Notes: generated by a model not told the origin, from the letters alone. DNA of 64,000 nucleotides from Spirochaetia bacterium (GCA_963668315.1 OY764216.1:3072001-3136000), one strand, 5' to 3'; shown: positions 31,578-41,249, counted from the stretch's first letter. Program-made: numbers and translations.

Positions 31578-32647
31578 CGGATTTTCTGGGGATACTCGAA
31601 TCCTGCCTTAAAAGGACCCGTCTTTTTCCCGGGGAGGACCTGATGATTGAGGTTTTCCTGAATCCGGCAGCCGGACTTCTGGGAGATAAGAAGCGTCTGG
31701 ACGCCCTGTTGGCTTCCTGGGAAAAAAATCCCCCCCTTCAGATCGATGAAAGCCCGGAGAGAACCGTCTCCGTAGAGATTCATCGTACGGGGAGCCGGGA
31801 AGAGAATTTACGTGAAATAGTCCGAGGAGTAGGGAAACTGGAACAATTTTCCCGGGAGACAGAAGGGGGGAAATCCCACCGTTCTTTGCTTCTTACCGCA
31901 GGGGGCGACGGTTTCCACAAGGATTGCGTCACCCATCTTCTTAAGGAGATGCCCCTTGCCTTCAGGAACATTACTCTTTTTCGTCTTCCCCTCGGGACGG
32001 GAAATGATACTCCCCTTGTCCCCGATCCGCTTAATGCTCTGAACCTAATAAGGGAAGGTGTTCAGCCCGTCGCCGATAGCTATATCAGAACGGAGACAGC
32101 CCGCGGAGAGGTGGATTACGCCTTAAATGTGGTCAGCTTCGGTCTCGACGCCTATGTCTGTCTCCTCCTGGAAAGATGGAAGGGTAAGGTCAAAGGGGAT
32201 ATCTACAAAGTCATGGTTGACCTTTCCACTCTGCTCTATGATTTCTATCACCGCACCAGAGTCTCCCGGCTGACTTTGTTCGTCAGGGAAGGGGATTCCG
32301 GGGACGTCCATCCCGTGAGGATTGAGAAAAGGATACTTATCAATGTATTCGGCCGCCGGGGGCTGACGACCTACGGGGGAGGGAAGAAAATTCTGCCCGG
32401 TCCGGAAAATCATCTTGTAACAGGCATGTTGCGCCTGCCCGGAAGGATTATGCTGAAGGGGCTTTTTATGAAAGGGCGGCACTGGCCGGGAGGAAGGCGG
32501 GTCAGTTTTTTCAGGACCGAGAAGATGGTTCTCGATTACCCCGCCCCTCTGCTCATGGAACTGGACGGGGAAGTCGTCTATTTGCAAAAGAATGATTTTC
32601 CCATAACCCTTACCATCGTTGAAGGGGAGATCCACGTTCTGAACTGA
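31574..32647 (+). CDS. Diacylglycerol/lipid kinase family protein
   Basis: LNPAAG, AGGDG, LPLGTGND, ELDGE. Confidence 0.8.
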   Translation: MTDFLGILESCLKRTRLFPGEDLMIEVFLNPAAGLLGDKKRLDALLASWEKNPPLQIDESPERTVSVEIHRTGSREENLREIVRGVGKLEQFSRETEGGKSHRSLLLTAGGDGFHKDCVTHLLKEMPLAFRNITLFRLPLGTGNDTPLVPDPLNALNLIREGVQPVADSYIRTETARGEVDYALNVVSFGLDAYVCLLLERWKGKVKGDIYKVMVDLSTLLYDFYHRTRVSRLTLFVREGDSGDVHPVRIEKRILINVFGRRGLTTYGGGKKILPGPENHLVTGMLRLPGRIMLKGLFMKGRHWPGGRRVSFFRTEKMVLDYPAPLLMELDGEVVYLQKNDFPITLTIVEGEIHVLN

Positions 32648-32659
32648 TCAGATATTTCC

Positions 32660-33301
32660 TTATTCCGTTGGCGTTTGACTGTCTATCCTGTAGGAAGAGA
32701 GATAGTTTTTCAGTAATCTTTCAACAAGATCTCGGATATTGAAATCCCCGTCGGAAACACACCACTCATAAATGCAGCCCTTCTCTATGGTGCATAAGTC
32801 ATCGGCCAGCCGCTGAGCCGGGATCGTGTCGGCGAGAATCCCCCGTTTTTGTGCTTCAAGGATATAATTTATCGCAACGGCCATGGAGGGGAGGCTGGAT
32901 TTTCCCTCGTGATCGATCAGTTGCCTCATATCCATACTTCTGTTGAAGGGGGTATAGAAATTTCTAATAAAATCCAGACCCTGCTCCTGACAGAATTCCG
33001 AGTAGAGGACAAAGAAAAGCAGAATATTGTCCAGAATATTCTCCTTCGGCGTCAATTTCCCTTCCTGAGAGAATTTCCTGTATGCTTCGAAGAAAAAATT
33101 GGACATAAGATCATCTTTGCTTTTAAAGTAATGGTAAAAGCTTCCCGTCGAGACGTCTGCAAGTTTGCATATATTTTTTACCGTGATGTATTCATAGCCG
33201 TACTCTTTGAGTAGATCCATGGCTGCGTTATATATGGACTCTTTTATCTGTTGACTTCTGATGGAACGCGGTACAGAAACTGACTTATTGTTTGATGACA
33301 T
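32660..33301 (-). CDS. TetR/AcrR family regulator
   Basis: ITVKNICKLADVSTGSFYHYFKSKDDL HTH. Confidence 0.93.
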   Translation of the reverse strand: MSSNNKSVSVPRSIRSQQIKESIYNAAMDLLKEYGYEYITVKNICKLADVSTGSFYHYFKSKDDLMSNFFFEAYRKFSQEGKLTPKENILDNILLFFVLYSEFCQEQGLDFIRNFYTPFNRSMDMRQLIDHEGKSSLPSMAVAINYILEAQKRGILADTIPAQRLADDLCTIEKGCIYEWCVSDGDFNIRDLVERLLKNYLSSYRIDSQTPTE

Positions 33302-33327
33302 GTATTTCCCAGCTTACTTTTATCAAA

Positions 33328-33387
33328 ATCATAACTGATAAATCGAATGAAGTCAATTTGAGATAAAACTAGAACGCGTTCTAGAAT
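33328..33387. promoter_or_regulatory. Divergent promoters with perfect 16-bp palindrome (candidate TetR operator)
   Basis: CTAGAACGCGTTCTAG at 33369-33384 within TTGAGA-18-TAGAAT (+); TTGACT-17-TATGAT (-) at 33356-33328. Confidence 0.7.
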
Positions 33388-33470
33388 GTATACGTAATAG
33401 TAATAGAAAGGTATTGACATTAATTAGATAAAAGATTATTGATTTTAAAAAAAAGTTCAGGAGAAAACTC

Positions 33471-35243
33471 ATGAAAAAATTTTTCGCTCTATTGGCTCTT
33501 CTGGCCATTCTGTCCGGCTTTGGTTCGTGCCGTTCGGATAAGGCCATGATACCCGGGACATACAGCTCTACTGTCTCATCTATGAAAGGCGACATGACCG
33601 TCCATGTCACAGTAGATGAAAACTCGATCACCGGGATTGAGATTGACACGGTCGATACGGTTCAGGTTGTGCAAGCGGTCATAGATCATCTGATTCCGGA
33701 GATTATTGAGAAACAGAGCATTGCTGTTGATTCCGTTACCGGTGCGACCGTCTCCAGTTCTGTCCTGAAATGGGGGGTGGAAAAATGCCTGGAGCAGGCG
33801 GGTGCCGATACCGAGGCATATAAAAAGGTCTTTCCTGTGGAGAGGACTACGGGGTATCAGGAAGAAAAGACCGTAGTCGTTGTCGGCTCGGGAGCTGCAG
33901 GATTGTCCACGGCCATTCAGCTGGCAAAAGACGGTGTTGAGGATGTTGTCCTTTTGGAAAAGCTCGGATATTTCGGGGGCACATCGGCCCATTCATCCGG
34001 GGGCGCCTGGGTTGTCGGGGGAAGCGAATTCAATAAAATGACGGGATTTGACTACAACCCCGATGAACTTGTCGCGCATATGTACGCGACGACAGGGGCG
34101 GAACCGGGGACATTGAATGAAGAGCTGATTCGGAATGTTGCGGAAGTGTCCGCCGATGTCTTCTCCGATTATGTGGATATGGGAGCTCCCTGGGATCTGA
34201 CGAGATACACATTCGGCGACAATCTGAATGAAATGCCCGTCTGCTGGGTCAAATCGTTTTATGATACACCCTGGGAATCGGGTGCGGGAAGAACTCTGAC
34301 CGATTTCCTTATCGATAGGGCGAAGGAGTACGGGGTGGAGCTCCGACTGAATTCAAAGGCGACAGAGCTTGTGTATTCCGACGGTAAAGTCAGCGGTGTT
34401 GTTGTGGAAGACAGGGACAAGGAGTACAGCATCAAGGCTCAAAAAGTCGTCCTGGCAACGGGCGGTTTTCAGCGTAACTCCCAGCTGGTGGAGGAACTGG
34501 CAGGGGAGTATACAGAGATGGTCCCCTTTACCGGAGCCGGAAGTACCGGAGACGGAATTCTCATGGCCAGGGAACTCGGCGCGGAAACGGTCGGTTATGG
34601 TATCGGCGGTGCCAGGGGGCTGGATGAAAGATTCGGCTATCAGGGACATCTGGGCGTTCTTGTATGGCTTGTGGGGCCCCTTGTCAATAAAAACGGCGTG
34701 AGATTTGCCGCAGAAACGGATCATTACTCCTATAGCCCCGCTCAGCTTGTCTCTCAGCCCGATGCAATCAGTTTTGGGATAACCGACAGCCGCAACGCTA
34801 TGATTGATTCTCTGGAAGAAGCGGTGGAACTCAACTATGTGGTCAAGGCCGATACGCTGGAAGAGCTGGCGGATAAGCTGGGAATTGATACGAAGACCTT
34901 TACGGATACCATAGCAAGATACAATGCCGCCGCCGAATCGGGAGAAGATGATCCTGATTTTGGAGTTGTGAACAACGCCCTTGTCCCGGTTGTAGAAGCC
35001 CCTTTCTATGCGGTCAAGACGAAAGCCGTGACTTCCTTCAGTCTTGCCGGACTGAAAACGGATGGATTCTGCCGTATCCTCAACAAGGAGGGGCAGCCCA
35101 TACCTAATCTTTACGGAGCGGGTGAGCTAATTAGCGGAAACATGTTTTACGGAACCTATTCCGGCTCCGGCTCGCAGGTGGGAAGTGCTATCTATGAAGG
35201 GAAAATAATCGCCGATTCCATTACTGAAGAATTAGGTCTTTAG
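33471..35243 (+). CDS. Flavocytochrome c-like FAD oxidoreductase lipoprotein with FMN-binding domain
   Basis: Lipobox GFGS|C; DSVTGAT flavinylation motif; GSGAAG, LATGGF, GQPIPNLYGAGE. Confidence 0.85.
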   Translation: MKKFFALLALLAILSGFGSCRSDKAMIPGTYSSTVSSMKGDMTVHVTVDENSITGIEIDTVDTVQVVQAVIDHLIPEIIEKQSIAVDSVTGATVSSSVLKWGVEKCLEQAGADTEAYKKVFPVERTTGYQEEKTVVVVGSGAAGLSTAIQLAKDGVEDVVLLEKLGYFGGTSAHSSGGAWVVGGSEFNKMTGFDYNPDELVAHMYATTGAEPGTLNEELIRNVAEVSADVFSDYVDMGAPWDLTRYTFGDNLNEMPVCWVKSFYDTPWESGAGRTLTDFLIDRAKEYGVELRLNSKATELVYSDGKVSGVVVEDRDKEYSIKAQKVVLATGGFQRNSQLVEELAGEYTEMVPFTGAGSTGDGILMARELGAETVGYGIGGARGLDERFGYQGHLGVLVWLVGPLVNKNGVRFAAETDHYSYSPAQLVSQPDAISFGITDSRNAMIDSLEEAVELNYVVKADTLEELADKLGIDTKTFTDTIARYNAAAESGEDDPDFGVVNNALVPVVEAPFYAVKTKAVTSFSLAGLKTDGFCRILNKEGQPIPNLYGAGELISGNMFYGTYSGSGSQVGSAIYEGKIIADSITEELGL

Positions 35244-35268
35244 TAAGTTTTAAGATAATCCATAAAAT

Positions 35269-35308
35269 AAAAAACCGACGGACAGGCATCCCCTCCGTCG
35301 GTTTTTTT
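35269..35308. terminator. Bidirectional intrinsic terminator
   Basis: AAAAAACCGACGGA...TCCGTCGGTTTTTTT between convergent genes. Confidence 0.85.
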
Positions 35309-35329
35309 ATTCCCGTCTTATGGGGATTC

Positions 35330-36337
35330 TCAATCCACCATCTCATTGCCCACTTTGCGGGCTCTGACCGGTTTATCCAGATTGATGTTAAGGGCCAGGC
35401 CGATCTCCACAAGGAGATTCCATCCGGCAGCCAGCTCGATATAGGGGTTCAGATCTCCTCCCTCGGGAAGGATCAGGGTGGGGAAGAGCGTTTCTTTTCT
35501 CGACAGGGCGATGATGGGAAGTCCCACTCCCTGTTTCAATACCTCTTCGAACTTCTTTTCCTCTTCCTCGAAGGGAGATACAGCGATCAGGGCCTCTCTG
35601 TCGGACATGACTTCTTCGATGCCGTGGGCGGCGTAGGTCCCTTCCAGAAAATCCGATTTTTTCCGGGTGATCTCATTGGTTTTAAGCCTGAGCTCTTCGG
35701 CGGCGCCGTTGTTTCTGCCCGCCCAGTAGAGGAGTTCCGCCTTGCAGAGCGTGTCGGTGATCTCCCCGGGAACGGGAAGGGAGAGGGCTTCTTCCAGAAG
35801 ATCGGCCAGTCTGGCGAGGTCGGGCAGGGGAAGACCGTTTTTATGGCGGAAGAGAATATCATAGTAGAGAGCCTGTTCCACCACCGATTTCGTGGCGGCT
35901 ACCGCTTCTTCCTTGCCGCAGGTCAGGAGATAGCCGAAATCCGCTTCGCCAATGATGGGAGTTCCCGCACCGGCAACGATACCGCCGATGTTCCGGTGTC
36001 CCTTTTCACGCTGCGTACGGAGAAGGCGGACTCCTTCCTTGGTCCTTCCCGAGTTGGACGCTACAAACACGGTATGATCTGCCAGTTTGTATTCCAGAGC
36101 CTGGGTGGAGCCTTCCGTTACGATTCTCTGGGAGTAGCCCAGGCGCAGACTGTTGTAGATCGTATTCTTGGCGGGGAAAATCCGTGAAGAACCTTCTCCG
36201 GAAAGCAGAACCTTGTCTTTGACTTTGTCCCCGTCGGCCATGATGGGGTTCATATCCAGATTTTTAACCACATCGATGGTTTCCCACATCTCCCGGCAAA
36301 GGGCGTAATCGGTATATTTTGTATCCTTGTTATTCAT
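35330..36337 (-). CDS. Double SIS-domain sugar-phosphate isomerase/deaminase (GlmS C-terminal-like)
   Basis: GEGSS, SNSGRTKE, VAATKS, ELRLKTNE; no glutaminase domain. Confidence 0.8.
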   Translation of the reverse strand: MNNKDTKYTDYALCREMWETIDVVKNLDMNPIMADGDKVKDKVLLSGEGSSRIFPAKNTIYNSLRLGYSQRIVTEGSTQALEYKLADHTVFVASNSGRTKEGVRLLRTQREKGHRNIGGIVAGAGTPIIGEADFGYLLTCGKEEAVAATKSVVEQALYYDILFRHKNGLPLPDLARLADLLEEALSLPVPGEITDTLCKAELLYWAGRNNGAAEELRLKTNEITRKKSDFLEGTYAAHGIEEVMSDREALIAVSPFEEEEKKFEEVLKQGVGLPIIALSRKETLFPTLILPEGGDLNPYIELAAGWNLLVEIGLALNINLDKPVRARKVGNEMVD

Positions 36338-37112
36338 TTATCTCTCCTCTGTTATCGATAATATAGTCCTTAAGAAGTTCCTGTATGAGGGGGGTGTTCT
36401 TGAATCCCCCGCCCAGATGCTGCCAGTAGAGCTCGGCGAAGGGAACGCCCGCCTCTTTTCCTATCTCCCGGTTATATTCACGGCAGTATTCGAAGAAATT
36501 ATCCATCCCATGCATCTTTTTCATCAGGTCGATTTGCGATTGGTGATGGGTGAGCATCGCCATTTTGCTCTCCATGACATCCGTAATGTTCAGGTAGAAA
36601 TGGGGACGGGGCAGGGGAAAACCCAGCGTATCGGTCAGGGTCAGCGGCGCCGTCCTGTAGAACAGGGGGGTAATATCAAGGGCTTCCTCACCGCACTCCA
36701 CGTTGGGCAGGGTAGAAAGGAGGCAGGCCGTCTCGGTGATGGCCCCCGTCGTCCTGTGGTCCGAATGGTAGTCGAAGGGAACATGGGAAAGAACAATTCC
36801 CGGGCGTACCCTGCGGATCAGGGCGATGGTCTTCAGACGCATCTCTTCCGTATCGAAAAGGAAGCCGTCCGGTGCCCCCAGACAGTAAAAAACGCCACCC
36901 AGTTCGGCGGCTGCCCCCCTGGCCTCCTCAAAGCGGCAGGATGCCGTCTCGTCGGCGGTCATGCCTATACCCCCCTGACGGCCGTCCGTCATGGAAGCGA
37001 CCGTTACGGTGTATCCCTTTTTCTTCATAAGGGCCAGAAGTCCGGCGCACCACGATTCCGTGTCGTCCGGATGGGCCTGAATGCACAAGACGTGCTTATT
37101 GTATTTATCCAT
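36330..37112 (-). CDS. PIG-L/LmbE family N-deacetylase (start revised to 37112)
   Basis: AHPDD and HSDH metal motifs; SD GGGAGG before MDKYNK. Confidence 0.88.
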   Translation of the reverse strand: MDKYNKHVLCIQAHPDDTESWCAGLLALMKKKGYTVTVASMTDGRQGGIGMTADETASCRFEEARGAAAELGGVFYCLGAPDGFLFDTEEMRLKTIALIRRVRPGIVLSHVPFDYHSDHRTTGAITETACLLSTLPNVECGEEALDITPLFYRTAPLTLTDTLGFPLPRPHFYLNITDVMESKMAMLTHHQSQIDLMKKMHGMDNFFEYCREYNREIGKEAGVPFAELYWQHLGGGFKNTPLIQELLKDYIIDNRGEINE

Positions 37113-37113
37113 C

Positions 37114-38322
37114 TCAGTCCTCCCTGTGGAATACCGGTTCAAGCCGGGTAAAGCGGGGCAGATCCCCGATAAGGGGCCGCAGATAGGCGATGCACTCCTC
37201 AGTGACATCATTCCCCCGGTCGTTTATATAGGACGGGGGCATGGCTTTGGCCCGGACCGCCGTTTCGGAAAGGGGGACCTTGGTGTATTCGATTTCATAC
37301 TCCGCTCCCCCTTTTCTTTCCATGGAGACCATGTAGCCCGTTTCACCGGCGAGGGCCAGCTCCACCCCTTTAACACCGCATAGACGGGCTTCCTCCCGGT
37401 CCCTTTCGGTAACTCTGTCCACGGCGCTCATGGGAAGGGATTCGGTAATCTGGAATTCACCCCGCCAGCCGGTGGCTTCGGAAAGAATCTTATGAACATT
37501 GAGGCCTACGGAAGCGCCGCCCATGGCTCCGAACTCGGTATTGCTGAATTTATCCTGGGTGGAAGCCGCCGAAACGGGAGTCCCGTCTTCATAGAGCAGC
37601 CCTTCCGACACGACCACGGACACCCATCCGTACTTCTCTACGCACTTACGGGCATCCTCCAGAAACTCCTCCCTGTTGAAGGGCCGTTCGGGCATGTAGA
37701 TAAGATGGGGGGCGTCCCCTTCTTTATCCCTGGCCAGAGCGGCAGCCGCGGCAAGCCAGCCCGCTTCCCTTCCTATCGTCTGATACACGACGAACTGGTC
37801 TACCTTGAGCATATCCCGGGCCAGCTGTCCTGCTTCCTTGACGCAGAGAGCGTTATACCGGCCGGCCGAAGGGAAGCCGGGGGTGTGGTCGGTTCCGTAA
37901 AGGTCGTTATCCACCGTTTTGGGAATTCCGATTCCTCCCAATTCCCAGCCTTCCCGGCGGCAGTAGGCTTCCACCCTATGAATGGTGTCCATGGTGTCGT
38001 TTCCGCCGATGAGGAAAAAATACCTGATGTTATATTTCCTGAACAGCTCAAGAATACGGGGAAGATCATCATCTTTTACCTTATACCGGCAGGAACCGAG
38101 AGCCGACCCGGGAGTCGTGAGAAGACCTTCGACCGTCTCCCGGCTCTGGGCGGAAAGATCGTAAATCTTCTCTTCCAGGAACCCTTCGATTCCGTAATGC
38201 ATGCCGAGAATCTTTCCTATCTCATCGGCCTGGGATGCTCTTTCGATCAGTCCTGCCAATGAAGCGTTGATTACCGATGTCGGTCCGCCCGACTGCCCCA
38301 GAAGGGCGTTTCCCTTTATCAT
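37114..38322 (-). CDS. Phosphofructokinase family, probably PPi-dependent
   Basis: GQSGGPTSVIN, GGNDTMDT (Asp) and PKTVDNDL (Lys), both PPi-type residues. Confidence 0.88.
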   Translation of the reverse strand: MIKGNALLGQSGGPTSVINASLAGLIERASQADEIGKILGMHYGIEGFLEEKIYDLSAQSRETVEGLLTTPGSALGSCRYKVKDDDLPRILELFRKYNIRYFFLIGGNDTMDTIHRVEAYCRREGWELGGIGIPKTVDNDLYGTDHTPGFPSAGRYNALCVKEAGQLARDMLKVDQFVVYQTIGREAGWLAAAAALARDKEGDAPHLIYMPERPFNREEFLEDARKCVEKYGWVSVVVSEGLLYEDGTPVSAASTQDKFSNTEFGAMGGASVGLNVHKILSEATGWRGEFQITESLPMSAVDRVTERDREEARLCGVKGVELALAGETGYMVSMERKGGAEYEIEYTKVPLSETAVRAKAMPPSYINDRGNDVTEECIAYLRPLIGDLPRFTRLEPVFHRED

Positions 38323-39407
38323 CTATTATCCTCCCGGGAATCCGCACCAGGCAGATTATCCCATTTGATGGTTTCCAAGTGGTTATTTTCACATCCCGGC
38401 GGGGCCGGGGCGTATAACTGGTCTAAAAAAAGAAGGGCACTGCCCCGGGCCGCTTCATAGGGGCTGTCATGACTGAACCGGATGAGACAGTCCGGAGGAG
38501 CGAAGCGGTTGATGGCTTCGTTATCTCTTTCAAGGGTGGCGAGTTCTCCCCCGATATGGAAAATCTCCGGATCAAGGAGATACAGGGTATTCTCAAAGGA
38601 GGCCAGAAGGGCGTTCAGATAGTCCTTCTCCTCATCTCTGGTAAGGAGAGCCAGGGATTTTCCGTAAAAGGGAGTGCCTCCCGGCTCCCCTGCAATACAG
38701 TGGCTTCCGTAATAGACCGAACCGTTGAGAATAAGTCCGGAACCGATATCGTCCCGGGCGGTCAACCCCTTTTTTCCGTAGCGGTGGCTGTCACCCCAGA
38801 GGCACAGCATGTTCTTCACTTCCCGGTAGGCATCGCTGTGCAGGAGGGAACGGGCATAGCAGTTGGCATCGTTATCCGCCAGGAGGGGGAGTCCTGCGAT
38901 ATGCCCCGGGAGGGAGATATTCTTCAGGTCCATGGGGGGGGAATCGATAAGAACCGACTGAAAGGGATCGACTGTTCCGGGCAGTGCCAGGGATATGCCG
39001 AGCAAAGGAGGGTAGGAGGAAAAATCCCTGTCTTCAAGGTACCGGCTAACAAATTCCCCCGGCAGGCAATTCTCCTGCCCGTTGACCCTTTCTGTCATCA
39101 GTACCTTTCCGGAAGTATCCAGGAGGGACAAACGGGCTAATCCCGGCTGTATCTCCATGCCCAGTACGGAACCGTAGCTGCCGTTCAGGGAGAGGCAGAC
39201 CGGCCTGCGCCCGCTGTTTTTCGGAGATACCCCCCGCTCCTCCCTGATAATGTTCTTGCTCAGAAGATCATTGATCACGTGGGTGATGGTGGATCTGTCC
39301 ATGGAGAGGGCCCGGGAAATCTCAATGCGGCTCGCCTCTTTTTTCTCACGGATGACCTGAAGGACCCGTGTCTGAGTAATGGCTGATTGTATCTGACCCC
39401 GTTTCAT
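38319..39407 (-). CDS. ROK family transcriptional regulator
   Basis: N-terminal wHTH (SRIEISRALSMDRSTIT), GRRP, LPG.VD, DNDANC, G..CIAGE. Confidence 0.87.
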   Translation of the reverse strand: MKRGQIQSAITQTRVLQVIREKKEASRIEISRALSMDRSTITHVINDLLSKNIIREERGVSPKNSGRRPVCLSLNGSYGSVLGMEIQPGLARLSLLDTSGKVLMTERVNGQENCLPGEFVSRYLEDRDFSSYPPLLGISLALPGTVDPFQSVLIDSPPMDLKNISLPGHIAGLPLLADNDANCYARSLLHSDAYREVKNMLCLWGDSHRYGKKGLTARDDIGSGLILNGSVYYGSHCIAGEPGGTPFYGKSLALLTRDEEKDYLNALLASFENTLYLLDPEIFHIGGELATLERDNEAINRFAPPDCLIRFSHDSPYEAARGSALLFLDQLYAPAPPGCENNHLETIKWDNLPGADSREDNR

Positions 39408-39470
39408 ATTATCCCTTATGTTGAATCATTCAACATAAGGGATAATAAAATCCTCAAGCCCCTTTGTCAA
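39407..39470 (-). promoter_or_regulatory. Promoter with perfect 41-bp palindrome (candidate ROK operator)
   Basis: TTGACA (39470-39465), 17 bp, TATTAT (39447-39442); 20-bp arms at 39407-39426 and 39428-39447. Confidence 0.75.
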
Positions 39471-39517
39471 TCAATAATCCGTCGATTTACAAAGATGGAA
39501 GAGGATTTTTGGGGAAA

Positions 39518-39886
39518 TTATTTCTGAAAGGACAGTTTGGTTTCGTAATGAATACCGTTATCCCTGTCTATGATCATTTCAAGATCAAGATTGGAAACCC
39601 CTTTCACAAATTTATATTTGCGCCCCGTTTCGTCGCAGGAGAAGGTGAGTTCCACGCCGGAAAGGCTGCCGCCCACGTTGAAATCTTCCACCTTGCCGTC
39701 AAAATCAAAGACGAGTGAACCGTCGGTCATATAGAGCTGAATATTTCCCGTGGAGAAGGTCCATACGGCATTGTACTGTTCGTCGATCCATTTTCCCACG
39801 GGAAAATTTCCCAGATCGATATCTTCCGCCGCAGCAAAAGTGAGGGCGAAAAACGTAAGGGCAAGAAACATGATCAGTTTTTTCAT
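39518..39886 (-). CDS. Secreted hypothetical protein
   Basis: Signal peptide MKKLIMFLALTFFALTFAAA; SD AGGAGA. Confidence 0.75.
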   Translation of the reverse strand: MKKLIMFLALTFFALTFAAAEDIDLGNFPVGKWIDEQYNAVWTFSTGNIQLYMTDGSLVFDFDGKVEDFNVGGSLSGVELTFSCDETGRKYKFVKGVSNLDLEMIIDRDNGIHYETKLSFQK

Positions 39887-39996
39887 TTTATCTCCTAATT
39901 GTTCTTTATGTTTCTTTATTCTAATTCACCCGCCCTCCTATTGCCAGTAAACAGAGCATAATTGAATAATTATGTCCGATTCATTACAATCGGACT

Positions 39997-40632
39997 ATGA
40001 AAGATTATGAAACATATCTGTTTGATATTGACGGAACGCTTCTAGATACGATGGATCTGATATATACCACATACAGGGAAACCCTGCGCCGTTATTCCGG
40101 CCCGTCTCTGACCCGTGAGGAAATCCTGTCGAAGGTCGGAATTCCCCTTCCCGTGCAGATGGGGCTTTTCTTCACAGAACAGGAGGAGAGGCTTCCCGAG
40201 ATTATCCAATATTACCGAGATTATCAGGAAGAGATATACAGGGATGTTCTGAAGACCTTTCCCCGGGTTCCCGAGGTCCTGAAAGAACTGAAGGACAGGG
40301 GAAAAACTCTGGGTGTCGTTACTTCGAGAACTCTGGGATCGTTGACAAAATATTTACGCCACTGTGAGCTGGAAGAGTATTTCCACATTCTCATTACACC
40401 GGAAAAAACATCCCGCCACAAACCCCATCCCGAACCGGTGCTCTGCGCCCTGGAAGAACTGGGATGCGACGGGAAGAAGACTCTCTTTACAGGGGATGCT
40501 TCGGTTGATATGGAAAGCGGCCATGGCGCCGGAACGGATACGGCTTTTGCTCTTTGGGGACCGAATGATCCGGAAAGTCTGAACGTCAAACCGACATGGC
40601 TGCTCTCTTCCATGGATGACCTGTTGGTATAA
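39997..40632 (+). CDS. HAD-IA hydrolase (PpaX-like)
   Basis: FDIDGTLLDT, VVTS, HKPHPEP, GDASVD. Confidence 0.88.
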   Translation: MKDYETYLFDIDGTLLDTMDLIYTTYRETLRRYSGPSLTREEILSKVGIPLPVQMGLFFTEQEERLPEIIQYYRDYQEEIYRDVLKTFPRVPEVLKELKDRGKTLGVVTSRTLGSLTKYLRHCELEEYFHILITPEKTSRHKPHPEPVLCALEELGCDGKKTLFTGDASVDMESGHGAGTDTAFALWGPNDPESLNVKPTWLLSSMDDLLV

Positions 40633-40711
40633 AAAAAATATAAATAAAGAATCCCTTGAAGGGGAGCCTCCTTTTGATGAAAATTATATCAGATAAGAAA
40701 AGGAGGCGTAT

Positions 40712-40747
40712 ATGTTCGATTTTTGCATCAGGGGTGTCCTGTTTTAA
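40712..40747 (+). CDS. Candidate leader peptide MFDFCIRGVLF
   Basis: Strong SD AAAGGAGG 5 nt upstream; coding part is the 5' arm of a long hairpin ahead of the RNHCP gene. Confidence 0.55.
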   Translation: MFDFCIRGVLF

Positions 40748-40832
40748 GGATATCCGCCGGTTGACCCGGCTTCCTGATAGGGCAGGACATCCTCATCCGC
40801 TGTTTAAAGAAACACTAATTCAGAGGAAAAAA

Positions 40833-41249
40833 ATGTCCAGAAAAACGATTATCAGAAATAATCCCGGGGAGAGCTTTGTCTGCGGTTCATGCGGCAGGAC
40901 GGTGCTGCCCCTTACATGGGGAGGGAGTCACCGCAATCACTGTCCCCATTGTCTTTCCAGTCTACATGTCGATATTCTTACGGGAGACCGGCGTTCAGGC
41001 TGCCGCGGTCTCATGATACCCATCGGAATATGGATCAAGTCCGACAGGGAAGGAGTTCTTATTCATCGCTGTGAAAAGTGCGGCATGATCAGGACAAACC
41101 GCATCGCTGCCGACGATAATGAGGTCATGCTCATCACGCTTGCCATGGAACCGCTGACGCGGCTGCCCTTTCCGTCCGGAAAGGCGATGGACAAACTTAG
41201 ACAATTAAGCGCAACAGGGGAGGTGCCGAATGGGTCTCTGGGGAAATAG
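40833..41249 (+). CDS. RNHCP domain protein (start revised to 40833)
   Basis: FVCGSC, HRNHCPHC, CRGLM, HRCEKCG, NRIAADDN; SD AGAGGA. Confidence 0.88.
   Translation: MSRKTIIRNNPGESFVCGSCGRTVLPLTWGGSHRNHCPHCLSSLHVDILTGDRRSGCRGLMIPIGIWIKSDREGVLIHRCEKCGMIRTNRIAADDNEVMLITLAMEPLTRLPFPSGKAMDKLRQLSATGEVPNGSLGK

Noticed and set aside
40656..40832. N-terminal extension of the RNHCP ORF
   Set aside because: It runs through promoter and leader sequence; the SD supports ATG 40833.
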